This document shows, piece by piece, positions 12,769-23,900 of a DNA stretch of 47,119 nt. Position numbers and translations under genes: made by a program. This DNA is from Macrostomum lignano. Taxonomy: Eukaryota. The notes beneath the pieces are model-generated. The model saw only the letters and a program-made list of their open reading frames with translations, had not been told where the DNA came from and did no database searches. The stretch spans positions 1 to 47,119 of the forward strand of contig NIVC01004398.1 in the NCBI GenBank assembly GCA_002269645.1. The letters are read 5' to 3'. The first letter of the stretch is position 1, and every line of letters begins with the position of its first letter.

Positions 12769-15396
12769 ATGGATCTGGAGCAGCCGCACGATCACGCTCT
12801 CGACGCCCAGCAGCTTCACGGAGGCGCTGAGCAGTCAGCGGTGTACGCCGTGGCCAGTCTGAGTCTAATCAGCAACGTCTGCCTGATTGGCGTGGTGCTC
12901 ATACAGCGGCAGACTCGGCGCCTTCGTCTGGCCTTCCTGCTGCACTCCGCCTTCCTCAATCTGCTTCTCTCCGGCCTGGCCTTCGCTTTCGGCAACGGCC
13001 TTCGGCCTGGCGGAATCTCCAGCGACTCGTGCCGGAATCTCACCACCAGCTACATCATCTTCCAGACTGTGTGGGTGTTCAACCTTATCCCGGTGGCCTG
13101 CTGCGAGATCTATTATTTAGATGGCGGTTCTGGCCGGCCGCGCGGGTCAACCTGTTGTGTCGCCTTCGGCATAGCCCTGGTGTACACCTGCAGCGCCATC
13201 CTGCACCTGGGACCGACGCTGATTGGCGCCAACTTTGATTGGAGCGCCTCCGATGCCCGCTGCGTGTTCTTGCACGGGCATAAGAAGAATTATACTGTGT
13301 ACCTCATGTGGATGACCATTGTGACGGTGAGTGCCGTGTGGTAATCGGATTGCTGCTTTGAATCTGCTTTGAGTCTGCTTGGAATCTGCCTTGAATCTGC
13401 TTTGAATCTGCCTTGAATCTGCCTTGAATCTGCCTTGAATCTGCTTGGAATCTGCCTTGAATCTGCTTTGAATCTGCCTTGAATCTGCTTTGAATCTGCT
13501 TTGAATCTGCTTTGAATCTGCTTTGAATCTGCCTTGAATCTGCTTTGAATCTGCCTTGAATCTGCTTGGAATCTGCCTTGAATCTGCTTTTAATCTGCTT
13601 TGAATCTGCTTTAAGTCTGTCTTGAATCTGCCTTGAATCTGCCTTGAATTTGCCTTGAATTTGCCTTGAATCTGCTTTGAATTTGCCTTGAATCTGCCTT
13701 GAATCTGCTTTGAATCTGCCTTGAATCTGCTTGGAATCTGCCTTGAATCTGCTTTTAATCTGCTTTGAATCTGCTTTAAGTCTGTCTTGAATCTGCCTTG
13801 AATCTGCCTTGAATTTGCCTTGAATTTGCCTTGAATCTGCCTTGAATTTGCCTTGAATCTGCCTTGAATCTGCTTTGAATCTGCCTTGAATCTGCCTTGA
13901 ATCTGCCTTAAATCTGCTTTGAATCTGCTTTGAATCTGCCTTGAATCTGCCTTAAATCTGCCTTGAATCTGCCTTGAATCTGCTTTGAATCTGCCTTGAA
14001 TCTGCCTTGAATCTGCTTTGAATCTGCTTTGAATCTGCCTTGAATCTGCCTTGAATCTGCTTTGAATCTGCCTTGAATCTGATTTAAATCGGCTTTGAAT
14101 CTGCCTTGAATCTGCTTTAAATCTGCTTTGAATCTGCCTTGAATCTGCCTTGAATCTGCCTTGAATCTGCTTGGAATCTGCCTTGAATCTGCCTTGAATC
14201 TGCTTTGAATCTGCCTTGAATCTGCTTTAAATCTGCTTTGAATCTGCCTTGAATCTGATTTAAATCGGCTTTGAATCTGCCTTCAATCTGCTTTAAATCT
14301 GCTTTGAATCTGCCTTGAATCTGCCTTGAATCTGCCTTGAATCTGCTTGGAATCTGCCCTGAATCTGCCTTGAATCTGCTTTGAATCTGCCTTGAATCTG
14401 CTTTGAATCTGCCTTGAATCTGCTTTTAGTCTGGTTGGAATCTGCCGTAATCTGCATGCCTTGAATCGATCTTGAGTATCTTATATGCTCGAATCCGCCG
14501 CATTCAACAGTAACCATGTATGACGTCACCCAAACCCGCAGGTGGCCCTCGGCGTCACCGCCTACTATCTAGCATCGTTTCGACGCTCTATCGACGAATC
14601 AATGCGCTGCCGACTGCGCAACGCCGCCCTTCGCTGCCTGCAAAAGCGGCGGCAGCGGTCTGCGTCGGAAAAAGCAGCAGAACCCGGCGCTCATGGCTTC
14701 GCAGCCGCGGCTGCCACCATGGCGGAGTCAATGCTCACCTCCGATGTCGCTCTGGCCAGCCGTCTAGCAGATCTTGCCGCGCTGAGAACCAACCGGCAGC
14801 GAGTTCTATGCGGCATCTGCGGCATCTGCGTACTCTGCTGGTACCCGCTGTACCTCCTAGTGCTGTCCGACCCGCATTTCAAAGCTCCGGTGGCGCTCTA
14901 CCACCTGTTCACAGTTCTGGGCTTTGCTAAGACCCTATTTGAGCCGCTATGCGTTCTGGCATTCGATAGAACCATTGCCAGGCCGCTGATGAAGCTCTGG
15001 CCCTGCACCTGGCACCTTCGCTACGTCAGCGAAGAGGAGATCGACGACCGTCTGGTGTCGGCTGCTGCGGCCGGCTGCCCGGAACGATCCGATTCCATCT
15101 CTGGCATCGCCTCGGTGTCCACTTCGGGCAGACGTGTCGGAGGCGGAGGCGAGGGCGGTCGGTCGCAGCTGCAGGCGGCGGGGTCCCCGGCACCGTTGCC
15201 GCCAATTTTGCACCAGCCGCAGTCGGCAGCCAGGCCGATGATGCTGCATTCGCGCGCTGCACAGCCGAGATTTCTTCTGACAACGCCCAATAATTTTGTC
15301 GATCAGGACGATTTTGATCAGCTGGAACAGCGGCAATGGCGATCGCCGACTCCGCCGGAAGTGTTCAGCCCGTCGTCACCATTGGGATACTATTGA
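12769..15396 (+). CDS. Orphan rhodopsin-like (class A) GPCR, weakly SREB/GPR85-like; exons 12769-13326 and 14542-15396
   Basis: Seven hydrophobic segments; TM1 SN, TM3-start Cys (CRNL), ECL2 Cys (DARCVFLH), TM6 CWYP, TM7 GFAKTLFEPL. Phase-0 intron ACG|GTGAGT (13327) to CCCGCAG|GTG (14541) joins TM5. Start codon uncertain. Confidence 0.8.
13350..14430. repeat. 11-bp minisatellite (gaatctgcctt)n in the GPCR intron
   Basis: ~1.1 kb tandem array with ctt/ttt variants. Confidence 0.97.
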
Positions 15397-17947
15397 ACCT
15401 TATCATGCTGTCCATGTAAATGGACTTTGGGTTTAATCAAAGATGCCAGGCAGTATAGTTGTAAAAATTACACCAAAACACAATTTGTTGTGCCTTTCTT
15501 ATTGCTCTATCGATATTCATGGAGCTTTTCGTTCAGAAAATTAGAATTCTATGTTAATTTTTTATTATACGTACATTTCCTGTACCTAAAAGCATAAAAA
15601 TGCATGACACAGCTCGAATCTTTGGTATTATGAATCTATTTTATCATCTCTGCTACAAGTTTTTTGTTACACAGTCAGCTAAGAATGATAAAATAGACTC
15701 ATAAAACCAAAGAGCCGAGCTAGCTGTGCCATTTCAATGGTTTTTACGCACAAGACACGTGCAAATGTACACGTAGAATTAAAAATTCACATAGAATCAT
15801 ACTTTTCTGAACGAAAAGCTTTATGAATATCGATGGAGCAATAAGAAAGGCACAACATATCAAAAGATGAACACTGGATCCGCCTCCTATTAAAAGCAAT
15901 AACAATTTTTGTGCTGAAAAAATGAAAACTTCCTCGTAAACCTCGTAAAGAGACGAGGTTTCCCGTCCTTCTACTCAAGTCGTCCTTGGTAAATGCATGT
16001 ACAGTTATTTGTACAGCTGAACTTATTACGAAATTGTACACTAATGTTATTATCTACGTACTATATATGTCTTTTTCGTGTGAGTAACTTCTGATCAACT
16101 CTTTATGTCAATTGTTCTTTTTAAATTTCAATAAAGCTCTGTTAAAATCTGAACGAAGTATTTGAACAGAATTCGGAAGCTATTCATAATCATTTAATAA
16201 TAACGTTCAAAACTGTTTGGAATGGAATTATTGTACCATGTAGAGGCATAAAAATCTTTGAACTTTTTATGCTAGCGAAATGCTACATTTATAGCTATAG
16301 TTAATTTTATAAGATCTGTACGTTTTCCATAGTAAAAATAGTATTACAGCATTGAAATGTCACTTGAATACGAAATTCTAAAATATATATTTATGTATGT
16401 ATGCGTAATGCGCATAAATAATTCAATTTTAAGAATCACGGAATGAAATTGTAAATCTAGAATATATCAAACAGTTATAAGAAATTATATTTATAAATGT
16501 ATAAAAGCCTAATTAAAAAGTATTTAAAATTTTTCATTGTTAATTTATAGTTGATAAATATAAAATTTCTTTCTACACAAGTATATTATCGACTACTGCA
16601 AACTTGAAAGCGAAAAAAGTATATTTTTAAAAATACGTTTTTCTTAGAAAATAATGAGCACAATTGATGATTGATTGATAGATTTGATTTACACTACGAC
16701 TACATCCCTTCAGTCATACAGTCTAAATATACTAAATCTCTAAGGTTTGTATGCTTGTCTATTACGCTCTAGTTTCATACTAGGTGTGGGTTACTCGACA
16801 TATTTTTTTCCTTCGAGTAGATAATTTGAACAAAAAATGAATTAATGTTTTGGGATGCTCTCCTTGATGCCACATTCAGCTTTAATATTTTATCTGCATA
16901 AATTTTCTGTCCTAAAGAAAAAACAATGGCATGAATGTAAAGTGTGTCAAAAGACGAATTCAATGGCACCCCTTACAAACACACTTTGGAAGCAAATATC
17001 TCGGGAAATACAAAAGACAATCATGTGTCTAAAAGATGTCATAGCAAAGCTGAGAAATGTGTCAATAAGTGATAAAAGTTTCAGAGCAAATGATTGAAGC
17101 ATAAAGACGCAGCGATAAATCAAAGTTTTGATTAATCAACCATCTTCAAACACAATCAACCAAACGTTTGATTTATAGCTGATTTAAAAATATATACAAT
17201 ACAATATCATTAATAAACTATTACATTAAATTCATGGCAAATATAACTTTGGCCATAAACTTTTCCATAAAAATTTTTTTCATTAACTTTTTCATCTGTC
17301 AACTATTCTGTCAACTATTCAAAAGCAAGACTTTAGCTTACTATATTATACTAGTTTTCTAGCTCTCACTTAGGTAGATAGATATGTGTCTAATATACTT
17401 AGTTTGACTATTGCTTAATGTATAAAATGTTAAAATATTTTATCATGTTTATCCCTTATATATTAATAAAGGTGTTAGGCCTCATTCTTTTATTTTGAGA
17501 GGTTATTATTAAGCTTAGTCTAAGCTATTATATTTTATTTTGTTAGAACTTTTCAAGTCTAATATTTTTATAATGTCTTAATAATAAAAACAATACACTA
17601 TAAAATTTGAATACTTTAATTCAGTTATCAGTGTTAGCAATAGAAAAAATATTATTTTTAGTCTAACTCTGAAATTAGCATTTTTCCTTTATATAGGCAG
17701 TATATAGATAGTAAGTTTAGTCTAGAAGCATTTAAGTTAATACTTCGTGACCTTGCATCATTTGCTTGACCTATTTGACCTATCAATTTCACTTGTTTAA
17801 CTTTATCCTTTTGCATAATCTATGCATTAGAAATTTGTTTTATCCAATAGTTAATGCAGGCTGCAGGTATAGCTAGCATAGTTGCTAAATTTCAGCTTTT
17901 TGTTTTGCCTTTTGAAGTTTAAACAAATTGTTTTTTAAACACGTTTC

Positions 17948-20900
17948 ATGAGAAGACTTATAAGAGTACATGCAGCTGCAGCTGCTGAGGACCAGGCCAA
18001 AGCTAAGGTGGAGAATGAGTTGATTGCAGCAGAGGCTGCGGCAGCTGAAGCTGAACGCCTCCACAGTCAGCGTCTTCATCGATTTAAGGGCCGAGTTTTG
18101 GAATCAGATTTTGATAATCGCAGTGGACGAGTGGAGTTGCTAGGCTTCCCAGTTCGGCCCAGTGTTTCACAGGCTGTAGGCACTGCAGGCTTGGCATCTC
18201 CAGATGGAACAGAAACAGGAGTTGCAGAGGAGGCAGCTCTTGTTGTTGAAGATTCCGATTCCGAAGACCCTTTGATAGCTGGAAATGCTCCTGAACAAGT
18301 AGGTGTTAGTAAATACTAGCTCTATTTTTATGACCTTCTCTTCGATGGCACTTGATTAATCCTCCAGAACCAAAAGCAGCTTAGCAATTATCCTAAACAC
18401 CTTAGCAAAAATTTCAGTTGTTAACCTTAGCACCCTTGTTAACTTAGTTCACCTTAGCAGCAGTCAGCACCTTAGCAACCATCTCGAGCACCTTAGCAAC
18501 CATCTCAAACACCTTAGCAACAGTCTCAAGCTAATCTCAAGCACCATAGTAACAATCTCAAGCAGCTTTGCAACTATTTCAAACAGCTTAGCAACAATCT
18601 CAAGCAGCTTATTAACCATCTCAAACACCTTAGCAACAATCTCAAGCAAATCTCGAGCACCATAGCAACAATTTAAAACACCTTAGAAAGTCTGTAAAAC
18701 ACCTTAGCAACAATATCGAGCAGCTTAGAAACAGTCTCAAATACCTTAGCAACAGTCTCAAGCAGCTTAGCAACCATATCAAGCAATTCTCGAGCACCTT
18801 AGCAACACATCTCAAGCAGCTTAGCAGCCATCTCAAACATCTTAGCAACCATATCAAGCATTGTCAGTTATGCCGAATTAATCACAACAAAACTCATTAA
18901 CCTTATATACAATTTAGGACACTCCAAAGTCTGCCTACTTCCTGTGGTCCGAAGTTCGAGGACTAGGAGGACTAGCTGCTAAAGAGGGCGACTTGCTCAG
19001 CTTTCGTTTGGTTGAGGACGAGCAAGACGCCCATGACAACAATACTTATCGAGCAATGCGACCTTCTTTGTTAGAATTAGCTCCCAGAAGCAATTCTGAT
19101 TGGCTGCAGCACATTGACTGGCTGCTGAATTTGTGGCGAAGAAGAGTGAAGCCTCAGCTTGAAGGAGAAGAAGCAGGTTTGTGCCTGTTTTAATGTCTCC
19201 AAGAGATTTCCTATACAAATCTTCCTCTTGAGATTCCCATATGTAGTTCTCTCTCATGAGATTTTCCATATTTAAACCCCCTCCCAATGATTTCTCATAT
19301 AGAAATCTCCCTCATGAGATTACTTATAAGCAAATCTCCCCCGTAAGATTTCCGATAGAAATCTCCCTCATGAGATTTCCTATAAGCAAATCTCCCCCGT
19401 AAGATTTCCGATAGAAATCTCCCTCATGAGATTTCCTACAAGCAAATCTCCCCCGTAAGATTTCCGATAGAAGTCTCCCTCATGAGATTACTTATAAGCA
19501 AATCTCCCCCGTAAGATTTCCGATAGAAGTCTCCCTCATGAGATTTCCTATAAGCAGATCTCCCCCGTAAGATTTCCGATAGAAGTCTCCCTCATGAGAT
19601 TTCCTATAAGCAAATCTCCCCCGTAAGACTTCCGATAGAAGTCTCCCTCATGAGATTTCCTATAAGCAAATCTCCCCCGTAAGATTTCCGATAGAAGTCT
19701 CCCTCATGAGATTTCCTATAAGCAGATCTCCCCCGTAAGATTTCCGATAGAAGTCTCCCTCATAAGATTTCCTATAAGCAAATCTCCCCCGTAAGATTTC
19801 CGATAGAAGTCTCCCTCATGAGATTTCCTATAAGCAGATCTCCCCCGTAAGATTTCCGATAGAAGTCTCCCTCATGAGATTTCCTATAAGCAAATCTCCC
19901 CCGTAAGATTTCCGATAGAAATCTCCCCAATAGGATATCATATATACATCTCCCCATAAGATTTCCCATAGAAATCTCCCCTATGAGATTTCCCATATAT
20001 TAATCCCCAATGAGGTTTCCGATATACAAATCTCCCACTTTGGTTAGATCTCCCAAAGAATTCTCCCCATGCTCCATGCAGAAATCGCGTCGAACTCAGC
20101 CGAAGAAGCCGACAAAGATTTCGAAGCGCTGATTGGCTCTCTGCGAGCCAAGCAAATCTGGCGCTCGCTGATTGGCTGTCACGAGCTGAGCCCAGAGGTC
20201 GGATTGAGACTCTGCTCCCTGCTGCCCGAGCTATCTAGCGGAGCCATGGCTCAGTTCTCTGCCTGCATTGGAGCCTGCCTGACCCAGCTGCTGCCTCAGC
20301 TGCCATCTGAGCAGCAGCAGCAGATGCAGCTGTGGCAGTTTCATCCCAATCGATACCAGCACCAGCAGCATGAGCGCCATCGCGGTGGCGAAGTATTTAT
20401 TGGAAAGAATTACTTTCTGTCTGCTCTGCGAAAAGCATTGGTTAGTTTAGAATTAAGCTTGCCTTAGTAATTGAGTGCTTGATTTAATTTAACTACTTTG
20501 AGTAGGTAGTTTTAACTTCGAGAATTCGAGTTGTCAGATGGCGCCTAAAAGCGCTAAATTCTCGTTCGACAGATGGCGCCTAAAGAGCGCCGAATTAAGA
20601 TTGTCGGATGGTGCTTAAAAGCGTCGATTCGGGGTTGTCAGATGGCGCTTAAATAGCGTTTGACTGGGGTTGTCAGATGGCGCCTTAAAAAGCGCTAAAT
20701 CTGTGGTTGTCAGATGGCGCTTAAAAAGCGCTTGACTTTGGAGTTGTCAGATGGCGCTTAAAAAGCATCGAATCTTGTGTTGTCAGATGGCGCTTAAAAA
20801 GCGTCGAATCTTGTGTTGTCAGATGGCGCTTAAAAAGCGCTTGACTTTGGAGTTGTCAGATGGCGCTTAAAAAGCATCGAATCTTGTGTTGTCAGATGGC

Positions 20901-23900
20901 GCTTAAAAAGCGTCGAATCTTGTGTTGTCAGATGGCGCTTAAAAAGCGTCGAATCTTGTGTTGTCAGATGGCGCTTAAAAAGCGTCGAATCTTGTGTTGT
21001 CAGATGGCGCTTAAAAAGCGTCGAATCTTGTGTTGTCAGATGGCGCTTAAAAAGCGTCGAATCTTGTGTTGTCAGATGGCGCTTAAAAAGCGTCGAATCT
21101 TGTGTTGTCAGATGGCGCTTAAAAAGCGCTTGACTTTGGAGTTGTCAGATCGCGCTTAAAAAGCGCTTGACTTTGGGGTTGTCAGATGGCGCTCAAAAAG
21201 TGCTTGACTTTGGAGTTGTCAGATCGCGCTCAAAAAGTGCTTGACTTTGGGGTTGTCAGATGGCGCTCAAAAAGCGCTTAACTTTGGAGTTGTCAGATCG
21301 CGCTCAAAAAGTGCTTGACTTTGGAGTTGTCAGATGGCGCTTAAAAAGTGCTTGACTTTGGAGTTGTCAGATGGCGCTCAAAAAGTGCTTGACTTTGGGG
21401 TTGTCAGATGGCGCTTAAAAAGCGCTTGACTTTGGAGTTGTCAGATGGCGCTCAAAAAGTGCTTGACTTTGGAGTTGTCAGATCGCGCTTAAAAAGCGCT
21501 TGACTTTGGGATTGTCAGATGGCGCTTGAAAAGTGCTTGACTTTGGAGTTGTCAGATGGCGCTTAAAAAGTGCTTGACTTTGGAGTTGTCATATAGCGCT
21601 CTAAAAGTGCTTGACTTTGGAGTTGTCATATAGCGCTCTAAAAGTGCTTGACTTTGGAGTTGTCAGATGGCGCTTAAAAAGTGCTTGACTTTGGGGTTGT
21701 CAGATGGCGCTTGAAAAGTGCTTGACTTTGGGGTTGTCAGATGGCGCTTAAAAAGTGCTTGACTTTGGGGTTGTCAGATGGCGCTTGAAAAGTGCTTGAC
21801 TTAGGGGTTGTCAGATGGCGCTTGAAAAGTGCACACCGCAAGGCTGCTCTGCCCCAAAGTTGCTAATTGACTGAAGCTTCCTTTCTCGTACAATTGTTCC
21901 AAATTGCCCAGTACCGTCGACTTCCCAACGCCGTTGAGAGCGTCGGCGCTTTCGTCCGCCTGTGCACCAGCGACCAGCGCAGAACGGCGGCCTACTTGCC
22001 CCAGCTGGCTCACGTGGTTGCCGCAGCGGCCTTCGCCAGCGCAGCCCCGTCCCTTTCGAAGCCTGTTTCTAAGAATTCTAAGAAAGCGTCGAACGACCCT
22101 GACGACAATAACGACAAGGACGAGCAAGGAATTTCCAGCCTACTGCTGGGCCTGCTTCGCCGACAGATGGGCAGCCGACTGCCGGATCTTGGCCTCGACG
22201 ATGAGGACCTGCGAGTCGAGGACGACGATCAAGGCGGTCGGCGAGACCGCGAAGGCGCCTGGTTGGAACTGCAGCCGGTGCCGAGCGACGACGAACTGTT
22301 GAAAGAGTCTGGCTACCTGCGCGGTCTGGAACCCGTGGTTGTTAAGGGGCCGTATAGGAATGCCGATCATTATTATGATACTTATTTCAGGTAAGTGATT
22401 GTGTGCTTCATCAACTCACGAATGAGATTTTGCTTTCTGATCTAATCTCATGGATGAGATTTTTGTGCAACTCGTTTTCCTCTCATGGGTTAGACTTCAA
22501 AATCCACACTCAGTCTCAGGGATGTGATTTCAAAATCCACACTCAGTCTCAGGGGTGAGATTTCAAAATCCACACTCAGTCTCAGGGGTGAGATTTCAAA
22601 ATTCACAATCAGTCTCAGGGATGAGATTTCAAAATCGATAATAGTCTTAGGGGTGAGATTTCAAAATCCACACTCACTCTCAGGGGTGAGATTTCAAAAT
22701 CCACACTTAGTCTCGGGTGAGATTTAAAAATTCACAATCAGTCTCAGGGATGTGATTTCAAAATCCACACTCAGTCTCAGGGGTGAGATTTCAAAATCCA
22801 CACTCAGTCTCAGGGGTGAGATTTCAAAATCTAATCTCCAGACTCTACCGAGCCGACTGTTTCGAAAAGATTGTCTCCGGCATAGCGGACTATCGAGCTG
22901 GTAAACTCGACCCCCGCGACATGCCCCTGTACGGCCGGGTTCGAGTCTGGGCCGTCCGTTTGAGCATGCACGGCTGCCCTCTGTCAGTGGCTGTGCAATT
23001 TACCGAGCTCAACAATCTTGGAGGCGGCAATCGGTCAAGTATGATGACGAATTGGCGAAAGTCTAGCCGGCTGATGCAGGGCAATCTGGTTTGTCTGTCA
23101 ACCAACGGTCGATTCGATCCTGAAGGCGGTCGGTGCCCGCTGATCTGGGCGACAGTTTGCGATAGAAATATCGACGAATTGGAGAAGCACTCGGTGGTGT
23201 GGCTGGAGCTGGGCTGCGGTGGAGCTGGTGAGGACAATTTGCGGTTAAATTTGCCGCAGATATATTTAGCGACAACCTCATCGACATATTTAGTGACAAC
23301 TTTATCGACATATTTAGCGACAACCTCTTTGACATATTTAGCGACAAAAACATCGATAAATTTAGCGACAAAAACATCGACAAATTTAGCGTCAAATTCA
23401 TCGACATATTTAGTGACAACATTAGTCACAATCAGTGACAAGACTATTGTCAGAATCAGTGACCAGATTAGTTACAAAACAATCACGCAGGTGTCAGCGG
23501 CAACCTGACGGACACCTCGGCTCTGCAGGCCCTGGTCGGCGCAACCCCTGCCGGCACCACCCTGATGGCCGAGTCGCCGTCTCTGTTTCGCGCTTTCGAA
23601 CCAGTGCTGCGCAGTTTGCAGGCGTGCGGCGCCGGCTTGAGCGCTACAACAATTTCAAGGCGACGACAACTGCCGCCGTTTCGCTCCGTGTTGGTCGACG
23701 CCGACATGAGCGAGGCGAGCGAGAGGCCGCAGTACATCCAGGAATACTATAGGTTGGTTTCCTGTTGGACATAGTACTTTCTGTGCTGTTCGTGGGTTGC
23801 GGATGGGGGCGGATGTTGGCGGATTCTGATGGGGCGGATGTTGGCGGATTCTGATGGGGCGGATGTTGGCGGATTCTGATGGGGCGGATGTTGGCGAATT

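Noticed and set aside
14520-15336. Alternative-frame and antisense ORFs over GPCR exon 2, and similar ones over SPC25, helicase and Gypsy coding regions
   Set aside because: Shadow ORFs caused by GC-rich codon usage.
16855-17097. ORF with a CxxC motif (ECKVCQK)
   Set aside because: AT-rich, non-ATG start, no recognisable family or convincing splice context; at most a transposon relic.
20860-21159. (MALKKRRILCCQ)n ORF, and similar repeat ORFs at 12226-12712, 18464-18857, 23644-24275, 26451-26915, 28685-29512, 32139-33331, 33716-34296, 46087-46621
   Set aside because: Translations of tandem repeats lying in introns or non-coding DNA.
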